Of a DNA stretch of 44,607 nucleotides, positions 6,665 to 16,605 are shown piece after piece. The stretch covers positions 1-44,607 of the forward strand of contig DASWBP010000031.1 in assembly GCA_036390555.1 (NCBI GenBank), given 5' to 3'. The notes under the pieces are model-generated. The model saw only the letters and a list, made by a program, of their open reading frames with translations. It was not told the DNA's origin and ran no database searches. The first letter of the stretch is position 1; the number at the start of each line of letters is the position of its first letter. The DNA comes from Burkholderiales bacterium. Lineage in GTDB: Bacteria > Pseudomonadota > Gammaproteobacteria > Burkholderiales > SG8-39. The translations under genes and the position numbers were made by a program.

Positions 6665-7837
6665 ATGAAGAACACCAGCAGAATGCTTGGCGGCGCGACG
6701 GCGCTGCTCGCAGCCGCCGCGCTTGCCGCCGGCGCCGCGCAGGCCGCCGGTCCGCGCCAGTCGATCGGCAAGAGCGAGGGACGCGTCGACATCGTCGCCT
6801 GGCCGGGCTACATCGAGCGCGGCGCGACCGACAAGAAATTCGACTGGGTGACGGGCTTCGAGAAGGCCAGCGGCTGCAAGGTGCAGGTGAAGACGGCGAA
6901 CACCTCCGACGAGATGGTGGCGCTGATGAACGAGGGCGGCTTCGACCTCGTGACCGCCTCGGGTGACGCGAGCCTGCGCCTGATCGCCGGCGGGCGCGTG
7001 CAGGAGATCAATCTCAAGCTCATCCCGAGCTACGGCAAGGTGGACAAGCGCCTGCAGAACGCGCCCTGGCACACGGTGGGCGGCAAGCACTACGGCGTGC
7101 CCTACCAGTGGGGCTACAACGTGCTCATGTACAACACCACCGTGTTCAAGGAAGCGCCCACCTCCTGGAACGTGGTGTTCGAAGAAATGAACCTGCCCGA
7201 TGGCAAGCCGAACAAGGGCCGCATCCAGGCCTTCGACGGGCCGATCTACATCGCCGACGCGGCGCTGTACCTGATGACCAAGAACCCGGCGCTCGGCATC
7301 AAGGACCCGTACGAGTTGAACGAGGACCAGTACAAGGCGGCGCTCGCGCTGCTGCGCCAGCAGCGAAAGCTCGTGGCGCGGTACTGGCACGACGCCTTCG
7401 TGCAGATCGACGACTTCACCAACGAAGGCTTCGTCGCCTCCTCGGCGTGGCAGTTCCAGGCGAACATCCTCAAGTCGAAGAACCGGCCGGTGGCAACCTC
7501 GGTGCCGAAGGAAGGGGTGACGGGATGGGCGGACACCACCATGATGCACGCCAACGCCAAGCACCCGAACTGCGCCTACAAGTGGCTCGAGCACTCGATC
7601 AACCCGAAGCTGCAGGGCGACCTCGCGGCCTGGTTCGGCTCGGTGCCGGCGCGCCTGGACGCGTGCAAGGGCAACCCGCTGCTCACCGACCAGGGCTGCG
7701 AGCGCCATGGCCTGGGCAGCTTCGACAAGATCCACTTCTGGCGCACGCCGGTCACCAATTGCAAGACGCAGGGCGGCAAGTGCGTGCCCTACTACCGCTG
7801 GGTGTCGGATTACATCGCGGTGCTCGGCGGCCGCTAG
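6665..7837 (+). CDS. ydcS: ABC transporter periplasmic polyamine (putrescine/spermidine)-binding protein, YdcS-like
   Basis: 390 aa counted from ATG 6665 (SD GGAGAG upstream). Signal peptide MKNTSRMLGGATALLAAAALAAGAAQA. Long collinear similarity to my recollection of E. coli YdcS (GRxDIxAWPGYIERG...DLVTASGDASLRLI...GPIYIADAAL...KEGVTGWADTTM). Confidence 0.85.
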   Translation: MKNTSRMLGGATALLAAAALAAGAAQAAGPRQSIGKSEGRVDIVAWPGYIERGATDKKFDWVTGFEKASGCKVQVKTANTSDEMVALMNEGGFDLVTASGDASLRLIAGGRVQEINLKLIPSYGKVDKRLQNAPWHTVGGKHYGVPYQWGYNVLMYNTTVFKEAPTSWNVVFEEMNLPDGKPNKGRIQAFDGPIYIADAALYLMTKNPALGIKDPYELNEDQYKAALALLRQQRKLVARYWHDAFVQIDDFTNEGFVASSAWQFQANILKSKNRPVATSVPKEGVTGWADTTMMHANAKHPNCAYKWLEHSINPKLQGDLAAWFGSVPARLDACKGNPLLTDQGCERHGLGSFDKIHFWRTPVTNCKTQGGKCVPYYRWVSDYIAVLGGR

Positions 7838-7865
7838 CGAGCGCCTGAGCCCTACGCAGCAACCG

Positions 7866-7890
7866 CGCCCGCGGGCCCAGCCCGCGGGCG
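7866..7890 (+). promoter_or_regulatory. Intercistronic 10-bp GC hairpin between the binding-protein and ATPase genes
   Basis: CGCCCGCGGG (7866..7875) / CCCAG loop / CCCGCGGGCG (7881..7890), perfect complementarity. It sits 7 nt upstream of ATG 7898 and has no U-tract. Confidence 0.4.
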
Positions 7891-7897
7891 TGCCGTC

Positions 7898-8932
7898 ATG
7901 ACCGCCGCCGTGGCGTTCGAGCAGGTGAGCTGCGCCTATGGCGCGGTGCTCGCCGTCGACCGCGTGAGCCTGGAGATCCGCGAAGGCGAGTTCTTCACGC
8001 TGCTCGGGCCCTCGGGCTCGGGCAAGACCACCTGCCTGCGCATGATCGGCGGCTTCCAGTTCCCGACGAGCGGCCGCGTGCTGATCCACGGCGCGGACGC
8101 GACGCGCCTGCCGCCCTACGAGCGCGACGTGAACACCGTGTTCCAGGACTACGCGCTGTTTCCGCACATGAACGTGCGCGACAACGTCGCCTACGGCCTG
8201 ATGGTGCGCGGCGTGGACCGCGCCGGGCGCTACCGTAGAGCCGACGAGATGCTCGAGCTCGTGCACCTGCCGGGCATGGGTGCGCGCCGCCCGTCCGAGC
8301 TCTCCGGCGGCCAGCGCCAGCGCGTAGCCCTCGCGCGCGCGCTCGTCAATCGCCCGCGCGTGCTGCTGCTCGATGAGCCGCTCGGCGCCTTGGATCTCAA
8401 GCTGCGCGAGAGCATGCAGGTGGAGCTGAAGGCCCTGCAGCGCCAGGTCGGCATCACCTTCGTCTTCGTCACGCACGACCAGCAGGAGGCGCTCTCGATG
8501 AGCGACCGCGTGTGCGTGTTCGACCGTGGCCGCATCGAGCAGATCGGCACGCCCGAGGAGATCTACGACCGGCCTGCGACGCGCTTCGTCGCGGGCTTCG
8601 TCGGCGCGGGCAACCTGCTCGAGGGCGCGCAGGCGCGCGCGCTCGCCGGCTCCGACGCCCCGGTCATGCTGCGCGCCGAGCGCATCCGCATCGCCGCGCG
8701 CGGCGATGCGGCGGGTCCCGGGCGCCGCGCCGTCAACGGCGTGGTGAAGGAGGTCGAGTACCTGGGCGCCTTCATCCACTACATCGTCGAGGTGGCCGGC
8801 GGCACGCAAATGCTCGTCAACCAGGCGAACCAGGGCGAGGGGGCGGCGCAGCGCAATTTCCCGCGCGGCGCCGAGGTGACGCTTTCCTGGATGGATGCGG
8901 CCTGCCACCGCATCGGCGCAGGTGCCGGATGA
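7898..8932 (+). CDS. ydcT: ABC transporter ATP-binding protein (PotA/YdcT-like)
   Basis: 344 aa. Walker A GPSGSGKT, signature LSGGQRQR, Walker B LLLDEP, and [17 protein letters not shown] as in polyamine importer ATPases. Confidence 0.9.
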   Translation: MTAAVAFEQVSCAYGAVLAVDRVSLEIREGEFFTLLGPSGSGKTTCLRMIGGFQFPTSGRVLIHGADATRLPPYERDVNTVFQDYALFPHMNVRDNVAYGLMVRGVDRAGRYRRADEMLELVHLPGMGARRPSELSGGQRQRVALARALVNRPRVLLLDEPLGALDLKLRESMQVELKALQRQVGITFVFVTHDQQEALSMSDRVCVFDRGRIEQIGTPEEIYDRPATRFVAGFVGAGNLLEGAQARALAGSDAPVMLRAERIRIAARGDAAGPGRRAVNGVVKEVEYLGAFIHYIVEVAGGTQMLVNQANQGEGAAQRNFPRGAEVTLSWMDAACHRIGAGAG

Positions 8933-9870
8933 GCGCCGCGCTCGCCGCCGCCGCGCCAGGCGCGCCGCTGCGCCGGATTTCGAGCTACCTCTATGGCCGG
9001 CGCGGCCTGTACCTGGCGCTGCTGCTCGCGCCGCCGCTCCTTTGGCTCGGCGTGGTGTACTGCGGGTCGCTCCTCGCGCTGCTCGCCAACAGTTTCTTCG
9101 GCATGGACGAGTTCTCGGGCATGGTGAAGCGCGAGTTCACGCTGCGCAACTTCGTCGAGCTCGCCGCGCCGGCGAACCTGGACGTGATGGTGCGCACCGT
9201 GACGATGGCGGCGGCGGTGACGCTGGGCTGCGCGGTCATCGCGTTCCCGATCGCGTACACCATGGCGCGCTACACGCGCGGCGCGCTGCGCGCCGCGTTC
9301 TACCTCGGCGTCATGCTGCCGCTGTGGTCGAGCTATCTCGTGCGCGTCTACGCCTGGAAGCTGCTGCTCGCCAAGGAAGGCGTGGTCAACTGGGCGTTCG
9401 CGCAGACCGGCATGAGCTGGCTCCTCGAAGCGCTGCTCGCCGTGCCGGGGATCGGCGGGCCGTCGCTGTCCATCTCGTCGCTCGGCACCTTCATCGTCTT
9501 CGTCTACATCTGGCTGCCGTTCATGATCCTGCCCATCCAGGCGGCGCTCGAGCGCGTGCCGCAGAGCCTGATCGAGGCCTCGGCCGATCTCGGCGCGCGC
9601 GACGCGGCGACCTTCCGCAAGGTGATCTTCCCGCTCGCGCTGCCGGGCATCGTCGCCGGCTCGATCTTCACCTTCTCGCTCACGCTCGGCGACTACATCA
9701 TCCCCGGCATCATCGGCGACTCCTCGATGTACATCGGCCAGGTGGTGTACCTGCAGCAGGACACCGCCGGCAACGTGCCGCTCGCCGCCGCCTTCACGCT
9801 CGTGCCGATTACGGTGATGGCCGTCTATCTCGCCATCGCCAAGCGCATGGGGGCCTTCGATGCGCTCTGA
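8929..9870 (+). CDS. ydcU: ABC transporter permease (PotB/YdcU-like)
   Basis: ATG 8929 overlaps the ydcT stop (ATGA). 313 aa, multi-pass membrane protein with an EAA-like loop ([18 protein letters not shown]). Confidence 0.85.
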   Translation: MSAALAAAAPGAPLRRISSYLYGRRGLYLALLLAPPLLWLGVVYCGSLLALLANSFFGMDEFSGMVKREFTLRNFVELAAPANLDVMVRTVTMAAAVTLGCAVIAFPIAYTMARYTRGALRAAFYLGVMLPLWSSYLVRVYAWKLLLAKEGVVNWAFAQTGMSWLLEALLAVPGIGGPSLSISSLGTFIVFVYIWLPFMILPIQAALERVPQSLIEASADLGARDAATFRKVIFPLALPGIVAGSIFTFSLTLGDYIIPGIIGDSSMYIGQVVYLQQDTAGNVPLAAAFTLVPITVMAVYLAIAKRMGAFDAL

Positions 9871-10672
9871 CGGCCGCGCCGGCGCCTCCGGATTGCTCAA
9901 GGCCGCCGCGCTCGCGGGTATGGCGTTCCTGCACGTGCCGATGCTGTTCATCGTGCTCTACGCCTTCTCGGCCGAGGACCAGACCTACGTGTTCCCGCCG
10001 CCGGGACTCACCACGCGCTGGTTCGCCGTCGCCTGGGAGCGGCCCGACGTCTGGCAGGCGATCGAGCTCTCGCTGCAGGTCGCGGCGGCCTCCACCGCGC
10101 TCGCCATCGTGCTGGGGACGCTCGCCGCGCTCGCGCTCGCGCGCACGCGCTTCTTCGGCCGCGAGGCGGTGTCGCTGCTCCTCGTGCTGCCAATCGCGCT
10201 GCCGGGCATCGTCACGGGCATCGCGCTGCGCTCGGCCTACGGACTGGGGGGCATCCCCTTCGGCTTCTGGACGATCGTCGTCGGCCACGCCACGTTCTGC
10301 GTCGTGGTGGTCTACAACAATGCGGTCGCGCGCCTGCGGCGCACCAGCCCGTCGCTCATCGAGGCCTCCATGGACCTCGGCGCCGATGGCTGGCAGACGC
10401 TGCGCTACGTGCTGCTGCCGCAGCTGGGCACGGCGCTCCTTGCCGGCGGCATGCTCGCCTTCGCGCTTTCCTTCGACGAGGTCATCGTCACCACCTTCAC
10501 CGCCGGGCAGCAGACCACGCTGCCGATCTGGATGCTGCAGGAGCTGGTGCGCCCGCGCCAGCGACCGGTGACCAACGTAGTGGCGGTGGTGATCGTGGCG
10601 CTCACCTTCGTGCCGATCCTCGCCGCCTACTACCTCACCCGCGCCGACGAGCCCTCCGGGGCGGGGCGCTGA
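9860..10672 (+). CDS. ydcV: ABC transporter permease (PotC/YdcV-like)
   Basis: 270 aa. Overlaps ydcU by 11 nt. Strong similarity to remembered E. coli YdcV ([14 protein letters not shown]...[17 protein letters not shown]...[18 protein letters not shown]). Confidence 0.85.
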   Translation: MRSDGRAGASGLLKAAALAGMAFLHVPMLFIVLYAFSAEDQTYVFPPPGLTTRWFAVAWERPDVWQAIELSLQVAAASTALAIVLGTLAALALARTRFFGREAVSLLLVLPIALPGIVTGIALRSAYGLGGIPFGFWTIVVGHATFCVVVVYNNAVARLRRTSPSLIEASMDLGADGWQTLRYVLLPQLGTALLAGGMLAFALSFDEVIVTTFTAGQQTTLPIWMLQELVRPRQRPVTNVVAVVIVALTFVPILAAYYLTRADEPSGAGR

Positions 10673-10694
10673 CACTTCAACCAGGAGCACGACG

Positions 10695-12125
10695 ATGAAA
10701 TACCAGACCCAGCTGCTGATCGACGGCCAGTTCGTGGACGGCGAGGGGCGCGCGGAAGAGATCCTCGACCCGGCGAGCGGCGCGGTGCTCGCGACGGTGC
10801 GCGAAGCCTCCGCGGAGCAGGTGAATCGTGCCGTGACGGCGGCGAGCCGTGCGTTCCAGACCTGGTCGGAGACCACGCCCGCCGAAAGGAGCGCGCTGTT
10901 GCTCAAGCTCGCCGCCGCCATCGAGGCGCGCGCCGAGGAATTCGCGCGCATCGAGTCGCAGAACTGCGGCAAGCCCTACGCGCGCGTGATCGCGGATGAG
11001 ATGCCGGCGATCGTGGATTGCTTCCGCTACTTCGCGGGCGCGGCGCGCTGCATGCCGGGCTCGGCCGCCAACGAATACCTCGCCGGCCACACCAGCATGA
11101 TCCGGCGCGATCCGGTCGGCGTCGTGGCCTCCGTCGCCCCCTGGAACTATCCCCTGATGATGGCCGCATGGAAGGCGGCGCCGGCGCTCGCCGCGGGCAA
11201 CGCCGTGGTGCTCAAGCCCTCGGAGCAGACGCCGCTCACCTCGCTGCGGCTCGCGCAGCTCGCCGCGGAGATCTTCCCCAAGGGCGTCTTCAACATCATC
11301 GCCGGGCGCGGCGACTCGGTCGGCGCGCCGCTCATCGAGCATCCGCAGGTGCGCATGGTCTCGCTCACCGGCGACGTGGCCACAGGGCAGAAAGTGCTGC
11401 AGGCCGCCTCCCGCACGTTGAAGCGCACGCACCTCGAGCTCGGCGGCAAGGCGCCGGTGATCGTCTTCGACGACGCCGATCTGGCCGAGGTGGTCGAGGG
11501 CATCCGCACCTTCGGCTACTACAACGCCGGGCAGGATTGCACGGCCGCCTGCCGCGTCTATGCCGGCGCCAAGGTCTACGATCGCTTCGCCGCGGACCTC
11601 GCAAGCGCAGTATCGAAGATCAAGGTCGGCACGCAGGAGGAGGAAGGCGTCGAGATCGGCGCGCTCATCTCCGACCGGCAGCGAAAGCGCGTGGCGGGCT
11701 TCGTCGAGCGCGCCGCAGGCGCAAAGCACATGGAGGTACTCACCGGCGGCAAGCTGCGCGCCGGCAAGGGCTTCTTCTACGAGCCCACGGTGGTCGCCGG
11801 CGCGCGCCAGGACGACGAGATCGTGCGCCGCGAGGTGTTCGGGCCGGTGGTGTCGGTGACGCGCTTCAGCGACGAGGCCGAGGCGATCGCGTTCGCCAAC
11901 GACTCGGACTACGGCCTCGCCTCATCGGTGTGGAGCACCGACGTGCGCAAGGCGATGCGGGTGGCCAAGCGCCTGCAGTACGGCTGCACCTGGATCAACA
12001 CGCACTTCATGCTGGTGAACGAGATGCCGCACGGCGGCATGAAGATGTCCGGCTACGGCAAGGACATGTCCATGTACGCGCTCGAGGACTACAGCGTGGT
12101 GCGCCACGTGATGGCGAAGATCTGA
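10695..12125 (+). CDS. patD: Gamma-aminobutyraldehyde (4-aminobutanal) dehydrogenase
   Basis: 476 aa. Near-collinear match to remembered E. coli PatD/YdcW ([15 protein letters not shown]...[45 protein letters not shown]...[15 protein letters not shown]...[15 protein letters not shown]...[14 protein letters not shown]). Same position after ydcSTUV as in E. coli. Confidence 0.9.
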   Translation: MKYQTQLLIDGQFVDGEGRAEEILDPASGAVLATVREASAEQVNRAVTAASRAFQTWSETTPAERSALLLKLAAAIEARAEEFARIESQNCGKPYARVIADEMPAIVDCFRYFAGAARCMPGSAANEYLAGHTSMIRRDPVGVVASVAPWNYPLMMAAWKAAPALAAGNAVVLKPSEQTPLTSLRLAQLAAEIFPKGVFNIIAGRGDSVGAPLIEHPQVRMVSLTGDVATGQKVLQAASRTLKRTHLELGGKAPVIVFDDADLAEVVEGIRTFGYYNAGQDCTAACRVYAGAKVYDRFAADLASAVSKIKVGTQEEEGVEIGALISDRQRKRVAGFVERAAGAKHMEVLTGGKLRAGKGFFYEPTVVAGARQDDEIVRREVFGPVVSVTRFSDEAEAIAFANDSDYGLASSVWSTDVRKAMRVAKRLQYGCTWINTHFMLVNEMPHGGMKMSGYGKDMSMYALEDYSVVRHVMAKI

Positions 12126-12166
12126 CGCGGCAGGCGCCGTGCCAACCGGTGCGTCGCGGCGCGGGG

Positions 12167-12197
12167 CCGGCCGCTCGCGGCGCAGCGGCGCGGCCGG
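12167..12197. terminator. Weak candidate bidirectional GC hairpin between convergent patD and the DUF3750 gene
   Basis: CCGGCCGC (12167..12174) pairs with GCGGCCGG (12190..12197), 15-nt loop. No U/A tracts. GC-only stems of this size are common by chance at this GC content. Confidence 0.2.
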
Positions 12198-12209
12198 TGC
12201 AGGATAGGG

Positions 12210-12947
12210 CTACGAAGCGCTGGCGCCCACGCGCCCGACGAGCGGCAGCTTGAGCGCCGGCGGCCAGGGGTCCACGCCGAAGGTGAGGCCAAGCAGGTTG
12301 AGCTCCAGGCCCTCGACGCTGCTGGCCGTCAAGCCGAGCACGCCGGCGACCGAGAATTGCACGCCGCTGCCGCTCGGCGCGGAGGCGAAGATGCTCGAGC
12401 CGAGATAATCCTTGCCGATCGCGGTGGGCGGCAGGTCGGCGCGCAGCTCTGGCACTTCGCGCAGGATCCACGCCGTGAAGGTGTTGGAGTTGGGGCCCGG
12501 CCAGGCGCTGTAGCGCTGCGCGAAGGGATAGCTCCTTGCCGCGGCTTCGATCCTCGGGATCAGCGCCTCGGCGTCCTTGCCGCGCGCCTCGGCGTAGAGC
12601 TCGGGCTCGGCGCCGAACCAGCGCCCGTCGGGCGCGCGGCTGCGAATCGAGACTGCGGTGTCATCCCAGCGCAGCTTCCAGCCGATGACTTCGTACACCG
12701 TGTAGTCGGCCGCGCGCGCGGGCTTCACCGCCACCCAGGTATGCACGCCGAAGGTGCCTCGCCAGCCGACCGTGCGCGCGCCATACACCTGCACGAGCGC
12801 TTCCGGATGCTCCGCCGGCTGGGGCGCGATGCCCACCGGCGCGCGGCTCGCAGTGCGCCAGTCGGCGTTGGCGCGCGTCATGACCGCTGCGGCGATCGCC
12901 ACCGCAAGCGCCAGGAACGCGAATCCCACGGCGCGCCTGCGGCTCAA
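12210..12947 (-). CDS. DUF3750-like membrane-anchored protein of unknown function
   Basis: Proposed TTG start 12947..12945 overlaps the upstream TGA (TTGA) and follows GAAGGAGAA. 245 aa. N-terminal anchor RRRAVGFAFLALAVAIAAAVM. Motifs HTWVAVKP, YEVIGW and PGPNSNTF match my memory of DUF3750. Confidence 0.6.
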   Translation of the reverse strand: MSRRRAVGFAFLALAVAIAAAVMTRANADWRTASRAPVGIAPQPAEHPEALVQVYGARTVGWRGTFGVHTWVAVKPARAADYTVYEVIGWKLRWDDTAVSIRSRAPDGRWFGAEPELYAEARGKDAEALIPRIEAAARSYPFAQRYSAWPGPNSNTFTAWILREVPELRADLPPTAIGKDYLGSSIFASAPSGSGVQFSVAGVLGLTASSVEGLELNLLGLTFGVDPWPPALKLPLVGRVGASAS

Positions 12948-14041
12948 GCCTTCTCCTTCGATTCGCGCCAGATGTCGAGCTTCTCCTGGATCACGCGGTC
13001 CGAATAGATGAACAGCACCGCGTCCTCGGCGGCCTGGTGGGTGTGCGCCATCCAGCTCGGCGCGACGAAGATGTCGTGCGGGCCCCAGTCGAAGGTCTCG
13101 CCGCCGATGGTGGACTTGCCGTGGCCTTCGACCACCGTGAACACCGCGCTGTCGGTGGAGCGGTAGGGTGCGGTCCTGAAGCCCTTCGGGATGAGCTGCA
13201 TCCAGGTGGAAATGGTGGGCATCGCCCAGCCGCCGTTCACCGGATTGATGAACTTCATCTTGTACGCCTGCCACGCATCCGGCGCGCGCATGCGCGCCAG
13301 CGCATCGAGCGACTCGCGCGACTTGCGGTAGGGATAGTTGAAGATCGGCGAGGTCTGCGAGCGATGCGTCACGTCCACCGGCAGCAGGTTGTTGCCGAAC
13401 TCGGCGGGCGCCGCGCCCTCGGGCCGGTCGAGCTTGTGCGCCTTGCCGCCCATGTCCTCGCGGAAGCTCGCCGCAAGCATGTTGATGACGTGCATGTCCA
13501 GGCCGTCCAGCCACACCATCGGGCCGGTGCCTTCGTTGCCGTGGTCGTGCCAGGTCCACGACGGCGTGATGACGAAGTCGCCCGGCTCCATCATCGTCCT
13601 CTCACCCGCCACGGCGGTGAACGCGTTGCTGCCTTCGATGATGAAGCGCAGGGCGGAGGCCGTATGCCGGTGTGCGGGCGCGATCTCGCCCGGCAGGATG
13701 ATCTGCAGCCCCGCGAACAGGCTCTGCGTGGCGCGCGACTGTCCCGGCAGGCCGGGATTCTCGAGCACCATCACGCGCCGCTCGGCTTCCGCCGCGCCGA
13801 TCAGCTTGCAGGCCTCCATCAGGTAGGGTCGCACGTCCCTGTAGTGCCAGATCGCCGGCACGCAGCGCGTCGCCGGCGTCGCGGTCACCAGGCCATGCAG
13901 CACGCGCCAGAGCGGCGCAAGGTTCTGCGTCTTGGCGCGGTCGTAGAAATCCTGGCGCCCTTCCTCGGCCGCAAGGTTGACGGTGGGGACGATGCCTTCG
14001 AGGTCCTTCGCCTGCCGCGCGGCGTTCTCCACGGGTTTCAT
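12944..14041 (-). CDS. Gentisate 1,2-dioxygenase-type bicupin dioxygenase
   Basis: 365 aa. Cupin metal motif GEIAPAHRHTASALRFIIEG...WHDHGN, plus a second cupin half. SD AGGAGG (14053..14048, containing the upstream TAG) lies 6 nt before ATG 14041. Confidence 0.85.
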   Translation of the reverse strand: MKPVENAARQAKDLEGIVPTVNLAAEEGRQDFYDRAKTQNLAPLWRVLHGLVTATPATRCVPAIWHYRDVRPYLMEACKLIGAAEAERRVMVLENPGLPGQSRATQSLFAGLQIILPGEIAPAHRHTASALRFIIEGSNAFTAVAGERTMMEPGDFVITPSWTWHDHGNEGTGPMVWLDGLDMHVINMLAASFREDMGGKAHKLDRPEGAAPAEFGNNLLPVDVTHRSQTSPIFNYPYRKSRESLDALARMRAPDAWQAYKMKFINPVNGGWAMPTISTWMQLIPKGFRTAPYRSTDSAVFTVVEGHGKSTIGGETFDWGPHDIFVAPSWMAHTHQAAEDAVLFIYSDRVIQEKLDIWRESKEKA

Positions 14042-14051
14042 GTCATGCCTC

Positions 14052-14999
14052 CTACTTGATGCCCGCCTTGTCGCGCACCGCGCCCCAGCGGGTGATTTCG
14101 GATTTCATGTGCGCCGCGAGCTCCGCCGGCGTGCTCATGGCCGGCAGGAAGGCGGCGTTCTGCATCTGCTTCTGGACGTCCTCGCGCGCGAGCGCAGTGG
14201 CAAGCGCCGCGCGCGCCTTCTCGACGATGGCGGCCGGCGTCTTCGCCGGGAATACGAGCGCGTACCAGGTCGTCACGTCGTAGCCCGCGAGACCCGCCTC
14301 GGCCACGGTGGGCACGTTGGGCAGGCCTGGAAAGCGCGTGCTGGAGGTGACCGCCAGCGCCTGCAGCGCGCCGCCACGCACCTGCCCGATCACCGAGCCT
14401 AGCGTCTCGAGGATCAGCTGCGTCTCGTTGGCTACCGTCGCCGCCACCGCGTTGGGCGTTCCCTTGTAGGGCACGTGCACGAGCTTGATGCCGGCGGTGC
14501 TGAACAGCAATTCCGCCGCGAAATGCTGTGTGCTGCCGATGCCCACCGAGGCAAGGTTGAGCTTGCCCGGGTTGTGGCGCGCCACCTCGATCAGGCCCTG
14601 AAGGCTGCCGAAGCCCGCGCGCGGCCCGGCGAGGATGACCAGCGGCATCGTCGCCACCATGGAGACGGCCTGGAAATCCGCGACCGGGTCGTAGGGCAAC
14701 GGGCTGATCATCACCGCCGACACCGCATGCCCGTTGTTGAGCATGAACGACGTGTAGCCGTCGGGCTCCGCCTTCGCCGCCTGGCTGGCGGCGATCGTGC
14801 CGCCGGCGCCGGGCCGGTTCTCGACCACCACCGGCTGGCCGAGCGCCGCGCCCATCGCCGGCGCGACGATGCGCGCGAGGATGTCGGTGCCGCCGCCGGC
14901 GCCGAAGCCGACGAGCATGCGCACGGGCCGTTGCGGCCATTCCTGCGCGGCTGCCGGCAGCGCGAGCGCCGCGAGCAGGACTGCCATGAGACGTTTCAC
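14052..14999 (-). CDS. Bug-family (TctC-like) tripartite tricarboxylate transporter substrate-binding protein
   Basis: GTG 14999 overlaps the ttcA TGA (GTGA). The alternative ATG 14987 would lose the basic n-region. Signal peptide (M)[18 protein letters not shown]. Bug signatures: [28 protein letters not shown]. Confidence 0.85.
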   Translation of the reverse strand: MKRLMAVLLAALALPAAAQEWPQRPVRMLVGFGAGGGTDILARIVAPAMGAALGQPVVVENRPGAGGTIAASQAAKAEPDGYTSFMLNNGHAVSAVMISPLPYDPVADFQAVSMVATMPLVILAGPRAGFGSLQGLIEVARHNPGKLNLASVGIGSTQHFAAELLFSTAGIKLVHVPYKGTPNAVAATVANETQLILETLGSVIGQVRGGALQALAVTSSTRFPGLPNVPTVAEAGLAGYDVTTWYALVFPAKTPAAIVEKARAALATALAREDVQKQMQNAAFLPAMSTPAELAAHMKSEITRWGAVRDKAGIK

Positions 15000-15805
15000 G
15001 CCTTGAGTCCCTCGAAATCGAAGAGCTTGCGATCGAGCAGGTGCGAGGCGCGCACGTCGGAAAGCGCGCGCAGGATGGATTCTACGCGTCCCGGGTGCTG
15101 CTTCTCCCACTGGCGCAGGAGCTCGCGCACCTGGCGCCGCTGCAAGTGCTCCTGCGAGCCGCACAGGTTGCACGGGATGATCGGGAAGCGCTTTTCGGCG
15201 GCGTAGGCCGCGAGGTCGTCTTCCTTCACGTAGGCGAGCGGGCGGATGACGACGTGGCGGGCGTCGTCCGACTTCAGCTTGGGCGGCATGGCCTTGAGCT
15301 TGCCGCCGAAGAACAGGTTGAGGAAGAAGGTGGCGAGGATGTCGTCGCGGTGATGGCCAAGCGCGATCTTGGTCGGGCCGAGCTCGCCCGCGACGCGGTA
15401 CAGCACGCCGCGGCGCAGCCGCGAGCAAAGCGAGCACATCGTCTTGCCCTCGGGCAGCACGCGCTTGACCACCGAATAGGTGTCCTGCTCGACGATGCGG
15501 AAGGGCACGCCGAGCCTTGCCAGATAGTCTGGCAGCACGTGCGCGGGAAAGCCCGGCTGCTTCTGGTCGAGGTTGACGGCGACCAGCTCGAAGGCGACCG
15601 GCGCCTTCTCGCGCAGGCTCATCAGCACGTCGAGCAACCCGTAGCTGTCCTTGCCGCCCGAGAGGCAGACCATCACCTTGTCGCCCTCTTCGATCATGCC
15701 GAAGTCGGCGATCGCCTCGCCCACCTGCCGGCGCAGGCGCTTGGCGAGCTTGCCCGCCTCGTATTGTTCCTTGCGCGGATCGCGGTGCAGGCGGACGACG
15801 TTCAT
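14996..15805 (-). CDS. ttcA: tRNA 2-thiocytidine(32) synthetase
   Basis: 269 aa. PP-loop SGGKDS, CxxC pairs ([10 protein letters not shown] and CNLCGSQ), and GHHRDD. Full-length similarity to TtcA. Confidence 0.9.
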   Translation of the reverse strand: MNVVRLHRDPRKEQYEAGKLAKRLRRQVGEAIADFGMIEEGDKVMVCLSGGKDSYGLLDVLMSLREKAPVAFELVAVNLDQKQPGFPAHVLPDYLARLGVPFRIVEQDTYSVVKRVLPEGKTMCSLCSRLRRGVLYRVAGELGPTKIALGHHRDDILATFFLNLFFGGKLKAMPPKLKSDDARHVVIRPLAYVKEDDLAAYAAEKRFPIIPCNLCGSQEHLQRRQVRELLRQWEKQHPGRVESILRALSDVRASHLLDRKLFDFEGLKA

Positions 15806-15827
15806 GGCGCGGTGGCGATTGGCGGGG

Positions 15828-16577
15828 TCACAGGAAGATCGAGCGTCCGCCGTCCACCGCCAGCACCTGGCCGGTGACGAAGGACGCGCTGGCGAGGAAG
15901 TGTACCGCCTGCGCGATCTCCTCCGGCGTGCCGATGCGCGCCAGCGGCGTGCTGGCGATGATGCGCGCGCGCTCGCCGGGATCGAACTGCCCGTCTTCGG
16001 GCCAGGCGATCGCGCCGGGGGCCACCGCGTTGACGCGCACGCCGGGGGCGAGCTCGAGCGCGAGCGACCTGGTGAGCGCCGCGAGCCCCGCCTTGGCGAT
16101 GCTGTAGACCACGTAGCCCTTCAGCGGCCGCTCGGCGTGGATGTCGGCAATGTTGACGATCGCGCCGCCGGCGAGCGCGAGTTGCGGCGCGGCCGCCTGC
16201 GCAAGGAACAGCGGCGCGCGCAAGTTCGAGCCGATCAACTCCTCCCAGTGGGGCGCCTCGATCTCACCCACCGCGGTGGGAAAGAACGCGGAGGCGTTGT
16301 TCACCAGGATGTCGAGGCGCGCAAAGCGCTGCAGCGTCGCGTCCACCAGCGCCTTGGGCGCGACCGGCGCGAGCAGGTCGCCCTTCAGCTTCAGCGCGCT
16401 GCCGGCGCGCGCGGCGTTCAGCTCCTTCTCGAGCTGCGCCGCCTCGTGCTCGGTGCCGCGGTAATGCAGCACGACCTTCGCGCCGGCGCCGTGCAGGCGG
16501 CGCGCGATCGCGGCGCCGATGCGCCGCGCCGCGCCGGTCACCAGCACCACCTTGCCTTCGAGCGAGCCGTCCGTCAT
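15828..16577 (-). CDS. Pteridine reductase / FolM-like short-chain dehydrogenase
   Basis: 249 aa. SDR Rossmann motif [12 protein letters not shown], and catalytic YxxxK (YSIAKAG). The size and the folM-ttcA-type neighbourhood fit pteridine reductase. Confidence 0.75.
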   Translation of the reverse strand: MTDGSLEGKVVLVTGAARRIGAAIARRLHGAGAKVVLHYRGTEHEAAQLEKELNAARAGSALKLKGDLLAPVAPKALVDATLQRFARLDILVNNASAFFPTAVGEIEAPHWEELIGSNLRAPLFLAQAAAPQLALAGGAIVNIADIHAERPLKGYVVYSIAKAGLAALTRSLALELAPGVRVNAVAPGAIAWPEDGQFDPGERARIIASTPLARIGTPEEIAQAVHFLASASFVTGQVLAVDGGRSIFL

Positions 16578-16578
16578 C

Positions 16579-16605
16579 GCGGGGATTCTAGGTTAAATTC
16601 CCCGC
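16579..16605. promoter_or_regulatory. Inverted repeat GCGGGGA-N13-TCCCCGC occupying the 28-bp divergent intergenic region, with back-to-back -10-like hexamers
   Basis: Arms at 16579..16585 and 16599..16605. The AT-rich spacer TTCTAGGTTAAAT holds TAGAAT on the minus strand (16590..16585, 7 nt from ATG 16577) and TAAATT on the plus strand (16594..16599, 6 nt from ATG 16606). No SD-like sequence precedes either start. Confidence 0.4.

Noticed and set aside
6473-8908. 811-aa minus-strand ORF spanning the ydcS/ydcT region
   Set aside because: It is antisense to two genes with strong family signatures, has a compositionally biased (R/A/G/H) translation, and crosses an intergenic region. It is a GC artefact.
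6665-12125. Polyamine ABC transporter + aldehyde dehydrogenase cluster as a novel system
   Set aside because: Gene order and sequences match the known E. coli ydcSTUV-patD arrangement, so this is conserved, described biology.
14052-14999. Orphan Bug/TctC binding proteins (also 34679..35635) without TctA/TctB as an anomaly
   Set aside because: Large families of orphan Bug genes are a known feature of Bordetella, Cupriavidus and Comamonadaceae-type genomes. This serves as a taxonomic hint, not a novelty.
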